A DNA stretch of 61,023 nt, filler included, from Rhabdomonas costata (Eukaryota): assembly GCA_019059605.1 (NCBI GenBank). It is 14 parts of 14 records of this genome, joined end to end, with 100 filler letters (N's around TTAATTAATTAA, not from the genome) between each part and the next. Parts side by side here need not be neighbours in the genome. Positions count along the whole stretch, not along the records: positions 1 to 4,262 come from JAHMHO010000290.1; positions 4,363 to 8,626 come from JAHMHO010000291.1; positions 8,727 to 12,995 come from JAHMHO010000292.1; 11 more parts are not named here. One strand, given 5' to 3'. Shown here one piece after another: positions 1-12,480 of this stretch (within the stretch, counting starts at the first letter, position 1; every line of letters starts with the position of its first letter). The position numbers were made by a program, and so were the translations under genes. The notes beneath the pieces are model-generated. The model was given only the letters and a program-made list of their open reading frames with translations, was not told the DNA's origin and did not search any database.

Positions 1-3000
1 TTGTCATGATCTTACTGCACCACTCGTCTGGGATTCTTCGCTCACCAGTTGTGGCCTGTTACCCCACGCTCCGATGCCTTTAGTGTGAGGCTACTACTAC
101 TTGCGGTTACAACCTCAGCTCCACCAGACATATGGTATCGCTACACCGACCAACCTTGTGTGTTAAGCGAACTACACGCATACGCATAATCCACTGTTAT
201 ACCGGTCTGCTTGCCATGTCAACGTAACACTCTTTAGTTTACGTGCTGCCTACTCCTACCACAGTCGTAAAATTCCCCAACACATCACTTGAGATACTAT
301 TGTAGCCACTGTTAGTGTTACAATCACTCAATGAACGAGCAATAGAGGTCACGGGTGCTTATCCATCAGTGAGGTTGTTGATGTGACTCGCCTCTATCAA
401 CAGCGACTCAGCACACTGCTTGATGCCCCCTACGACTTTAGCCTACGTTCAGATTCTCACGACACCATTCCAGTGCGTCCATATTCACAGAAACCAGTCC
501 TCATACACGCATACACTTACAGTAACTTACACGCTCACAGATAGCCTTAATATCACATTTTTATCAAAACCGTGAACCCAACCAACAGCCATCTTGTTCT
601 CCACGCTTGCCTGCGAGTTAATGACGCTACCTTAAGGTCTTTTCGACACGCCAGCCATCAAGGATTTCAGCACCTGTCATTGTTTATGAAGTGGGTCGTC
701 AATGTTTTGGCCGCTAACAACAAGTGTAGAGCTACAAACACGCTCATTCGGCCGTATCACTTCCCTACAGGATATTCAGAAGGACGTCTAAGAACCGAAC
801 CCGAACACCAAACACAGAGTTGCAAAACCAAAAGCCAACGCAAAATATCACAATCCATGAACCAAGAGAGACAAAATCCAAGCTGATACGGAAATAGAGA
901 TCGGAGGCAGGAAGCAAAGGCCGTAAAAAAGCTTTTTTACGTCACGCGAACTTTAAACACAAAGCAAAACTTGCGGCACCGCCTTCCAATTTAGACCCAG
1001 ATGAAATACCAACCATCACCACACCAAAAGGTAGCAAACATCCTGAGTGGAGGCCTCCGAGGCCGAAATGTAGGAAATCTGGGGTAGAGAGTGGGTGATT
1101 TTGTGAGTTCTTATTATTATGAGCGAATGTGCGCGCAGGAATGTAGACAGGCAGGTACAATCAGGTGAGGTGCTAGTTGTGGAATACCTGCCTCTGTGAG
1201 AAATGTCATCTGTGTAAAAGTGATGGTGATAGATGAAGAGACCACGCAACACGACTCTACCTCTACCCCAACTCGCTGGCAGTTCGTGGGGCCCCTGTAT
1301 CTTGCAAGCAGACGATAGCTGATTTATTGACTGTAATATTACAAAATTGCCTGAAAATTGCTTAATATTCTTGGAAGTTTTTGCGACTGCTTAAGCATTT
1401 CATCCGAACATTGCCTGCGATATGATCATTTCCGCATAACAATCATGAAATAGTTGATGAGGTGATTTGAACCGAATTTGCAACCACAAATTCCAAAGAT
1501 ATGTGCCACGAACTCTTTATAAGCTCCCCTGCAATATAAGGTGATGATGTAAAACTAAAATGATCCTCTTAAGCATGTAGTGTGGTGTGCATTTGCTACT
1601 ATCCATCTTTAACACACTGACGTATGTACGGCAGACGTTGATTTCAACATTTCCACATGAATAATCAATTACCATCAGTAATATTCAGACTGTGCAAACA
1701 ATAGTCGCAATACACGTAAATTTGAAGTGATGCCGCAGTAGAAAATTGTACAAAAGTCTGGAGTCATCCAGTTATGAACAATGAAACATATAAAATAAAT
1801 TTGTCGACAGACGCGTGCCATTTGCCACTTCAATTTTCTTGTAATTTATTATCAGCATCCAAACTTGTCATTGTGGCGGATATCTACCATCAAAAAATTG
1901 AAAAACATTTTTCAAGTTTTAACTCTGTCCTTAATGGGACATTATTTTTGCTTTAAACTGAGACTACAGAGGCGCTTCTTACGTAACTGTATGCAAGTTA
2001 GCGGTAATTGCAACATTAAATCCAGTTGCCCAAATTGCATAAGAGATTTTTAATTAGGAATTATCCTGCTAATTGCTGAATCGTGCAAAAAATACGAAAC
2101 TTACTGATCTGTTATTGCTGAACTTAAAAGCTCATTACTAATTAAAAATGTTGTTTGAAAATGCACTCCAATTCATTCTACTCCACTGTGAAGTAGTAGT
2201 CATAATGTCTTATTCACGGACACTTGACTTGATTAATCAAAAGATTGCAGATAATTGACTTTTGCTTTTGATTGTGGTTACAAATTACTTTTGAATCTTC
2301 GCGTCACAGCCGCACATTGTTCCATTAAAAATCACAGATTACTTACACCCTCTGGTCTGATCTTTTGTCAATTCTCAAACAAAACTGTAATTTAACTGGT
2401 GGAAAAACCGCAGCTTCTTTTTAAAATAATTCAAATCAGTTAGTTGTCTGGATCAATATAGCTGTATGCACCTAGCAGTGCAGTTGCATACAGAATATAT
2501 TTGAACACTTAGAAACCATTTAAGGTCTTTATTGCAACTACAAAATTAAAAACTAGAAACACGTGTGTTATTTCCATGAAGGTACACAGAGCTTCAATTC
2601 CTAAGTCAGTGTAGCACATTTTATGCACATATCAATACACAGTTACCCATTTTCAAGCCAAATTGTCAGTAAAATACTGTGTTGCCATAGGCTGCTCATT
2701 GCGTTGAAAACATATATTATAGTTGAAGTAAAAAGATTTTATTAACTTCTGGATTATGGAAGAAATTCCATGTGACATCTATCATTTTATTTGTTCTGAC
2801 ATCGGCTTATGTCTGTCACTATTTATCTACGCTATTATTTTCAACCTGCTATTATCATTGCGAAGTTTGAATCTCTACCTCTGCATCTTATACATCACAA
2901 ATGTTCAGCTAAACTTTGACGATATCATATCAGTTGAAGTTGTATTTGGTTCACAAAACCGCGATGTGCTGCTCGTTTTAGAATTTAGGCTCACATTTTT

Positions 3001-4262
3001 CCTGCGTGTCTGACTTGCTCTGCTCTAAGGTAATTGTAAATGCTAAACCAAAATGATTTTTTGGGCACTTCTCTCTTAATTGATTTATCGCTCTTGTATT
3101 AATCCGCAATTTCTGTCGTACATATTATCAAAACGCGTGTTGCATCTTGATCGCAAAAAATTCTTCTGACGTTAGCTGAACTTATTTAATATTAAAAAAT
3201 AAAATAAAATTTTTTAAAATAAAATCAAATTTAATTTTAAAATTTTTTTTAAAATAAAATCAAATTTTTGGTGAACAAAAAGAGCCACAGACACATTTCA
3301 TTATAAATTTGACCCGATGACAGCTGCAGTTGTGCATAGAACATCTGCGCATATCAGTTCTAGATATCTGCTTTGGTAATTTAATGCCCGCGTAGAAAAT
3401 GCAAAAACCAAGAGAGTCGTTGACGAAAACGGCCGGTAGCCGGGAGGTAGTAAACCAACAACGATACCGACAGGTTAATAAGCAGTGCTTCCGATTGTTC
3501 TGCATGACTTGAAACGGGGATGGAGTTTTAAGAAAAAGAGGGGCCTGCCCGTGATAACAACACGCGATAAACAGCCTTTAAAAGAAAATAACCGGGATAA
3601 GCGCCGAAGGGCGCAAAAATGCAATAAGATGTCCTTTTATGGGCATGGAAAACCACGACCAGATGCAAGTAGTGCTTTACCACAGTGGCTGCTATTTTAA
3701 AAAGAGCGGACAACCACACCTTCAAAACCAGAAACCGGAATGATCGAAATTACGGAGGTGAAAGGGTGAAGGTAAAGGCGGGCGGAGGGTAAGACAGTAA
3801 CGTCATCCCGAAAGCTGGCTTCGGAGCGCGTTGGGGCGCGGCGGGGCATCGAAAGCCTAACGCACATAAAAAGGCCATATGGGATAAAAGCCCCGACGAC
3901 CTGAATAGGAAAAAGGCCTGAGGAACCCCAATGCGCCAGATTTTTTCCCGGTGGTCTTCGGGTGGTTGCGTTTGGGTGGCGGCGTGCGCCGTTCGATGAT
4001 ATATCAATTTTGTGGAAGACCGGCGGGCCCGTCTAGAAAGGGCGGCGGGGTGGCGTACCGGCGGGCCCGTCGGGATCCGGCGGCAAACGGCACCCAACAA
4101 TCGAAGCCCCGCCGCAATAACCGATCCAAAAGCACAAAATGACGCAGCAAATCATTGAAGAATTTACATATTTTCAAGCGATGGCCCGTGCGCATCAAAT
4201 CGATTCGCTGGGAAAGCATAAAACCTGAGCGCCCTTTTTTGGTAATGGTTGCGCAAAAAAAA

Positions 4263-4362
4263 NNNNNNNNNNNNNNNNNNNNNNNNNNNNNNNNNNNNNN
4301 NNNNNNTTAATTAATTAANNNNNNNNNNNNNNNNNNNNNNNNNNNNNNNNNNNNNNNNNNNN
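4263..4362. other. Artificial contig linker (N44-TTAATTAATTAA-N44, stops in all six frames); first of 13
   Basis: Identical 100-nt linkers at 4263-4362, 8627-8726, 12996-13095, 17356-17455, 21721-21820, 26081-26180, 30432-30531, 34786-34885, 39134-39233, 43606-43705, 47950-48049, 52336-52435 and 56681-56780. They separate contigs of about 4.24-4.37 kb. Confidence 0.98.
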
Positions 4363-4673
4363 GGGTTGTGGGAGATGTTGACTGGTTGTGTATCAGCGGT
4401 GTGCAGGGCGGTGGAGCCCGTTATCTACCAACCATACCACCGCAAAAACTGAGGTGGTGTGTGTGGGATCGGGGAGGGGCATGACGTGAAACAGGAGCCG
4501 CCATCTTGGTGTTCCGGCACTCAGTACCATTGCGACCTCAGGTGGCTCAGATGACTGTGACCTCGGGACTCTCCGTGGCTCTCAAAAAGACTACATCAAG
4601 ACCAGCTGGAAGCAAGCTTTCTTTTTTCGTTGAGAATTTTGTCATTTTGCCACAGCAAAAGCATGTAACAAAC

Positions 4674-7600
4674 CGATTGAAAGGCCCGTTGCTTCAAGTC
4701 CGCCGGAGACTCAGCCAGAAAGGGGTGTTCCAGAAGCCCTGAAAGCAAGATACACAATGAACGGCAAGTGGGTTGCTGTCTCAACGTCCCCCCTCCCCCC
4801 TTCTCTCTTTCTCATTCTGCCGCCCAAACATTTTGGGCAGCACAAACACCAGTGTTCCAGTCCAGACGCTGCGAGGCAGTCTTGTTCAGCAGACCCTTCA
4901 AAAAAGACTTGCAGTCTGCAGAGATGTTCTCCGGGTACTTCACCACATCCTAGCACAAAGAAAAAGAAGGGAACCCCCCCCCAAAAAAACCAGCTCAACA
5001 CCTCTCTAACACGTGAGATTTAAACGGATGTTTGATATTTGGTGTTGCCTTTTGTAGAGCTCACTTCGGCCCTTCACCCCGACCCTTTGGCACACGCAAT
5101 TGAGCAAACAAAATGGGAGTGGAGTTCCCGCAATGAAAGGCATTTTAGTGAAAACCGAATTCCCCGAAACTCATTCCTGCAAAAACAGAAGCAGCAGGTA
5201 GTCCACTCCACACCTTGACTATCATGTGGATCAAGGTGTAGATGCTATTGGTGTAGAAGGGGGGCACTCCCACAATGAGCTCGTACAAAATGCATCCCAA
5301 AGACCTGAAAGGGTGTTTCGATCAGATCACATCGACAAGATGTTCACACACACATACACACACACTTGGTGCACACAAACACATATACACACAGCGCGTG
5401 CGCCCACGCACGTCCACAGTCCACAGTCCTCAGTCCACAGTGGTCACCAACAACCAAGCAACCAGGCAACAGCCAAAGCGCAATGCGCCCAACACACACA
5501 ACAGCACGGTGCCTATAGCGGGACAGGGAAAAAAGAGGACAGAGAGATAGACAGACAGAGTTCGGTAGTCACCTTGTGGTAATATTTTTTTAGGAGAAAG
5601 GTTGTGCGACGAGAAGCGCTTACCAGAGGTCCACTGTGTGGTTGTAAGGCTGCTCCTGAACCAGTTCAGGAGCCATGTACAGCGGGGTTCCCTGTCAGCA
5701 AGCAACCATGGGTGTGACAAAAAACGCTCAATGAAGAATGTTACGGTCCAGCTGCCGTGCAGCACATCGGCACCATACATAACAGTTATCAAGGGCACCC
5801 AGAGGGCTCAAGAGAGCACCGATGCAAACCGAACGAAACGAAACGAAACCCCGATTATGTCTAAAATGTGCTGTTTGTCTTCCAACCGCCAAGGGAATTA
5901 GGCGCATGTTAATTCGACCTTGATACTCGTCAGCACCATGGTGTTGCAGGACATCGCTCGGGCAAAGCCGAAGTCGCACAGCTTCACCGCCCCATTTCGG
6001 CCGATCAGAATGTTCTGAGGCTTCATATCTGTGAATAGAGGATGGATAACTCGCTCCACTATTCCACTCTTGTCACTTTCGTTTGACTCCATTCACTGCT
6101 GTACTGGTGTTTTTTCACAGCATCATTGGAAAATTCGTCGAACAGCTGAAACGCCCCATGCGCCAGAATAAAGAAAGAAAAGAGAGACTTGAAGTTGAAC
6201 ACAGGTGTAAAATGAACAAGAGATGTGACAGATCCCTCGGTTATCCAATGTTCTGTTCGGTCACTACCTGCCTTTGTGTCTCACGCAATACACTCAGGGC
6301 AGTCGGGATATGGCAAACGCGCCTTTCGTGGGCACCGAAGCCAAAGAGCACAAAAAAAAACAAAGTAACAAACAAAGTAATGGCACGGCTGCCAACGTTA
6401 CCTCGGTGAATGATCCTGTTGGAGTGGAGGTAGTGCAGGGCTCTAGAGATGAGCGAATCAAAACGAAAGCAAAACGAGGCAGTAGTGAACACAACTCCAT
6501 CATCCTTGATTTCCAAACTCCAAGTAATCGCCAACAAATAAAAACTAAGGTTACCTGAGCGCACAAAAATAGTTCCAACTCAATGGAGAGAGTTCAGTTA
6601 GCACTTCCACAACGTCAGGCACAAAAGCACAGAAATACCGCACAAGTTGCCGAGCGATTTTTGCCACTTCCGCCTCTGGCAAACAGCGATCATCCTGCGT
6701 GAAAAACAAAAATCCACCGGAGCGGCGGAAATTGAAGGTTAAAGGTTAAAGGGAGCATTCAGGTGCGATATGATCACATTGTCAAACGTGGGGCCTCCAG
6801 ACCTCGGTGGGGCCTGGTCCCTGGCGTCACACACACAACCGAACAACATTAAATGATCATGGAATGATAAAAGACGCGTTTCTGCCTTTCCGGGTTCGTT
6901 GTTTATTAGCACTGGTGGGGACATTGGGCTCTAGCCAACAAGTCGGACAAGACTATTTTAGAGATGCCAGTCCACGGCCGGAGCGGGCGGCTGAGGAGGG
7001 GACGCTGTGCTGGCGTAGATTTTGGTCCAAGGTGGTGGCGTTGTACAGCAAAGCGCAGCAAGTACCCTGCTGATATCCGGGGGTACCGGGCTCCATTGGT
7101 TTCAATCAGCAACAGGGCAAGGTAAGGAAGTGCACTCACTGTGCGGAGGAAGCTAAATAGTTCTTCGCCACTTCGGGCATCGCAACATCCACAGGATTTT
7201 ACGAGAAAGGACGTGGGATGAGAAAAGGACTCAATCGGGTTGCACAAATTGGAAACCGGAGACGAGTGGAAGAAATTTATATTCGTGAACAGTCTCTCTC
7301 GACGGCTTGCTCTGTGGCTCTGCCTCTCAGTTGAATCGCACCCTTCATACTCTTCGCACAGAAGGAGCGGCTGGGCTTGCACCTCAATCTTTCGAAGTGC
7401 TGTTTCTAGGCTCCTCAGAACCCGCCGCGGACGTTGACCAAACAGACACACAGAAAAGACCAACCTCCAAAATCTCAAAGACTTCTCCCTGAGCGTACTC
7501 CATGACGACACAGAACTCTCCAGGAGTCTCAAACCAGTCCAGGAGAAGAATGATGTTGTCATGATTCAGCTTTGTGAGGATCTCAATCTCCTGCCGCAAG

Positions 7601-8193
7601 TTCTTCAACTCCTGTCGACAGTTCGCAATTTCAAGGGAGGACAGGAATTCCGGATTCCGCAAGTTACTCAACTTCGAATTGAATTGGGCTGGTGCTCTGA
7701 ACGGTACATGAATCATAAACAAAGCTCACATGGTTTCCAAGCAGATTCACACACCAACAGGAGAATCGTCTAATCACCAGTGCATGCAATCGAGCTATAT
7801 TTTGCCCATGCTGTTGACGAAGGTTCAAGCCCACCTAGTCGAAGCAAACAATATCAGGCACAAGAGTTCGGGAAGAGTGCAACACCGGCAAACAATATCA
7901 TGATATATTCGTGTTCAGTTATAGGAGTGGACCCACGGCAGAGACGCCAGCCGTTGAAGCGTTCGGTACATCTGCTCAACAGATTTACATTTAATTCAAA
8001 GACAAAGCAAGAAGAAAGCGAGAAAGATGGTAACAAAACGGCGGGTTGAAAAGGGGGGGCTGACCTTCTCTGTTTTGTTCTTTTTCGTAATGAACTTCAT
8101 GGCCACAACGTGGCCCGTAAACTTTCGCCGGGCCTTGTAGACCTTCCCGAAAGAACCCTCACCGATGAGCTCCAGAACAATGTAGTTTTCCAT
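4674..8193 (-). CDS. STK36: Fused-family (STK36/TIO-like) Ser/Thr kinase, 5' part, at least 9 exons
   Basis: GT-AG exons 8193-8065, 7611-7465, 6694-6639, 6442-6402, 6028-5919, 5691-5624, 5304-5214, 4949-4850 and 4738-4674 splice in frame to [98 protein letters not shown]. This is the characteristic Fused kinase domain. The 3' end runs off the contig. Confidence 0.93.
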
Positions 8194-9739
8194 GAATCTC
8201 TGCGCGCTTTATTCATTCAGGCCAATACAAAGACAAATTCATCAAACCGCACTGGTGGCGGCGGAAAAAAACAGAAGAACAACAGGGGAATGGTTAAGTC
8301 AACCTTCTAAAGCAAAGTTTTCGAAAGAATGGCGAAAGTGGGCACGATAAGATGGTCATCTACTACTGGTCTACTGCCTTCAGAAGTCCGATCCCTTCGG
8401 CTTCCTGGGAACAACCAAGTCGCCCCAGGTTCTGTTTTTCGTGGGGACCCCGACTGTCGGGAAAAGTTCGCAAAATGAAAACATGACGTCGATTTCATTT
8501 TCACAAAATAAAAAGTCCAGAAAATTGACGAAGACCGACCAGAGAACAACCGGCGACAGCAGGCTCCGTGTGCAACCAGTCTGACTTCCGCAGGACATTT
8601 TTCAAGCAAGCTCCTTCCGAAAAAAANNNNNNNNNNNNNNNNNNNNNNNNNNNNNNNNNNNNNNNNNNNNTTAATTAATTAANNNNNNNNNNNNNNNNNN
8701 NNNNNNNNNNNNNNNNNNNNNNNNNNTTTTGTGGATGGTTCTGTGTCTAGAGTTGAAGTAGAAGATGCTGTTGGTGTTTTTGGAGGTGTTGGAGGTGTTG
8801 GAGGCGTTGGTTGTGGTGGTCCTGTGTTTGTGTCTGTCCATGGTTCAGTTTCTGTCAACCATGCTCTCTGTCTCAACCATGCCTTTTCTGCATTCCGTGT
8901 TGGTTATGTTTCATGTGATAGTGTTGTGTTGGATGATTGCTCTCATGGTGTTCGCATTCCTGGTGGTGTTGGAGTGGAGGGGTTGTATAGTGTTGATGCA
9001 GTGGTGCTTGGCCTTCCTGTTGTTGGTGCTCCTGGTGTTCTTGAGTCTCGTGGTATGGTGGATGGTGGTGTTAGCGTTGGAGGATATGTTGGAATTCCTG
9101 GTTCACTGATGCGTGTTAATTGCGTTAGTATTCATGGCTCTTGTGTTAGCGTTCATTCTGTAGTGCTTGTTGCATGTTGTGTTCTTTCTGCTTGTATTGG
9201 TGAGGAGTATTGGGTAGTGGTGTGTTTGTTTCTGCTGTTAGTGCTGATTCTGTGCTTGTGGATGGGTTGTTGGAGGAGGATCTGTGCGGATCAGGATTGC
9301 GGTGCCTTTCTCAACCACTTCTACGGCGTGCATTTGTGCTTCAGATGCATTCGTGACCCCCAACATCTTACTGGTATTCATGACTGTGGATATGCCCGGT
9401 CGGAACGAGTGGAAGCACCTTATGGTGGGAGGATGAGAGGGACCGAGCATCATGACTAGTGGTGAAGATGGTACGCTGCAAATACGACTTCGCTTATTTC
9501 TTGTCGTGACTGCGTTTGTCACTCCATAAATGCGTGATTCACTCGCTGCATGCATGCGCAGTACGCTCCTTAAAAATGGAAGAAGAAGAGAAGAGTGATG
9601 TTGAAGAGTCGCATCTTTGCATATGCTCAGACGTACAAGGTGGGTGGATGCTATGCAAGGACACTTGTCCAGCACACACGGGCTTCGCGTGACCCGGGAA
9701 AATCACCCTTTCTTGGGCGGAAAAGGTCGACTAGACTGG

Positions 9740-11430
9740 TCATGGTTCGCCAGAACAACTGTTAAAAATAGATTTTTGCGCTTCACAATCAAATTTTGGG
9801 GCATTGTAATAAGAGTAGGCTTTGGAAGGGTGTGATTTTGAGAGGAAGGCGTCAATGGGAATATTTAAAAAAACGACTTTGTAAAAGAGGTTCCCTACCT
9901 GATTTTGTGACAGTACTCGGCAGTTACGGCGGTGGTGGTGTAACAAACGGGGCAACAAACGGCACTGGGGACAGGGGACTGCTGAGCGGCATGCCCGAAA
10001 GAGATGATGACAGGAGATTAAAGGAAGTGGCGGACAAAAGGACAGGCGAAAAATTGCGGGTCTTGTGGACCACCCACGTGAATACCCCATGGCTGCTCCG
10101 CAAGGCCACGTGCTCAAATGGGCCTTAAAACGGCGCAAACCTGAACCGCGAAAAGTGCGGGACCTGGCTTCCCCGCAACAGCGGGTTCTGGGGATCGAAC
10201 TATGTGCTCATCGCCTCCGGCATTTTAGCCAAGAGCCCGGGCTCCGGACCATTCATGCACAAAGACCGGCCATGTCTGTTTCCTGGTTGCCCGCGGTGTC
10301 CGTGACAAGAATTGGCTGGCAACGCGGGACGTCGAGAAAGCGTTGTCGGCGGAAAAGCCGTAGTGCCTGACCTTCAAAGGACGTAGGTGGCTTGGATGGA
10401 GGAACCCATCACTCACCCCACCCATAGCTCATTGTAAGCATGAAGTCACGACCAAGGAGTGGCGCTTGCGTAGTAGGAACATAGAATGCACCGCAGGTAG
10501 TAGGCATTTCTGTGAGCGTAGCGAGTGACAACGACCCAGTGACCGTAACCACCTTAGGGTTGTGGAGGGAACCATGCTATCACTCGCTGTCACTCTCCAT
10601 CTCTTACACTCTTCTCTCTTCTGCTGAGTTTTGATTGAACGTACCGGCTTTGGCCGTGGAGCGAGCCTTGCATACACTCAACACCAACATCTCTCTTCTG
10701 AGTTGGGTTGAAGGAGCTAGTGGAACCACCGTCAGGGTGGTGGAACGAGGGACGACTGAGACGCCCACTCTGTTGCCGGCGGGTCATTTACGCTTATGGT
10801 GGCTCACTCCCTCAGCACTCGCATCACCACACATCACTGGGTTGTAGCGCCTTCCACTCCACCACTCGATGCATGGCACTTATCACTGGATGCTAACATC
10901 ATCCTCCGTTGCCATCCACGTCAACATCAACACACAATACCACTTGACACACACACTACACTACTACCAGGGTAACATACCCATGGGTTGATGCAGGGAT
11001 GCCAAGCTTCCATGCCCTGATGCCAACACCATCACCCTGGACTCACACTGCGGGATACACAGCTGCCAAAATGACAGGACGACAAGGAGATGACACGCAA
11101 CATTACTCAGGTCTCAATCCACCACAACAATATCACCACTAAGCATAGGGTTTACGTGGTTGCTGCACCACTACCTATGCAGGGAGTAATGACACCATGG
11201 CTATAGCGTGACACACCACCACCACCGCTAGTGCATTGGATTACAGGGTTGTTACGCCATAACCACAACCCTAGAGAGGATGACATTATGCCATGGCCAT
11301 TAACACAGGAGGGCTTACAAGGCTGTGGCACCTCTGCCTACCACTACGGGTACAGACATTATGGCATGGTTGGCCTAACCCTAGTGTTGTCATGGTACGG
11401 TACACACAGAGAAAGGAAGGAGTGACCCGA
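9740..11430 (+). mobile_element. Highly degenerate retroelement relic, possibly tyrosine-recombinase (DIRS/Ngaro-like) class
   Basis: Broken motifs in the expected order: LKIDF (~9764, like RT motif A), SPQQRVLGIEL (~10170-10202, like DIRS RT 'xFLGIELD') and HGWPNPSVVMVRY (~11365-11403, like a YR C-terminus). Many stops and frameshifts; CpG-depleted. Confidence 0.3.
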
Positions 11431-12360
11431 CATCCACCATGCGATGGCCTACACCATGACCCAACACCATGACAACAACACGTGTATGCGTAGAACTATT
11501 ACTATGGCAGCACACCATAGCATGGTCCTGGCACATACCCATGTTGTGGTGCCAATGACCATACAACAGTGTCCTACCACACTGCTGTCCCTACTACTGC
11601 GATGGTTGCTTCGACGACAGCATCGGATTCACCATACCACGCACTTCCATGGTGGGTTTGGAACCATTACTTAAGCAATGGCTATACGCGGGATGCGGGA
11701 TGGCGGTGTGTACCTCACGGCCAACTACCCGTCCTGTTCTTATCCCCCACGCTTGTTGTAGATTTGGTTAAGCAACCTTGACCAACCGGTGGCGTGATCA
11801 CACAACTCGCCCCACCTAACCCAGAATATAAGGCGTAGCAATAGAAGTTGAGCAACCTGTACCGTTCCTCCTGAGCCATCCTCGCTGGTAAAAACACCCG
11901 TAGCCAATAACATAGGCCAGCTCTTCACGAAGGTCCTTGGAAAGTAAAGTAAGCACACACGCAACGTAGAATTACCATCCTGGTCTGAAGGGCTAGACCC
12001 CCACCCCCACCCATGACACGCGAACCCACCACCACCGAACCCACAAGCAAGGAACCACGATACCCTTACCAAATCACCCTCCGACGCACGAACCCCATAC
12101 CTTCACCGCGATACCCTAACCAACGAACCAAGAGACGCGAAACCGAAACCAAAGGCCTGGACATGATAGAGCGGGTACCTATTCACTTTCGCTTGAAGCC
12201 TCCCACTACAATGGCATCAATCCGTCGGCGCACGTCTGGTGGTGACCACCCAGGGGGCAACATTTACGTCTTCGTTGGAGAAGCTAATGAGGTAAACCCA
12301 GCGGGGCCTCAGTAATCCTGTTGTCAACCAGTTGCGTAACTTAACCCTTCTGAACCAACA

Positions 12361-12480
12361 ATACCGAAACCGAAGACCGAACCCGGAGACAGAAAGCGAA
12401 GACCGAAGGCAGAAACCAAAAACCGAAGACCGAACGCCGAACTCCGAAACACGAAAACCAAAAACCAAAGACCCAAGAGA
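12361..12480 (+). repeat. Degenerate tandem repeat of an ACCGAA(G)-like 6-7-mer
   Basis: accgaaaccgaagaccgaacccggagac...accgaagaccgaacgccgaactccgaaac. Confidence 0.75.

Noticed and set aside
100-560. PLE RT motif (PPDIWYRYTD resembling WxRYxDD)
   Set aside because: Single short match without supporting motifs in frame.
1321-3123. Long minus-strand ORF under a TAA/TAG=Gln code, or a PIF1/Helitron helicase (NGTRL at ~1810)
   Set aside because: TGA stops remain at about chance frequency, no other helicase motifs were found, and real genes in the window end in TAA or TAG.
8731-9459. 242-aa Val/Gly-rich ORF
   Set aside because: G/T-rich low-complexity, CpG-eroded contig end. The ORF persists because the composition yields few stops.
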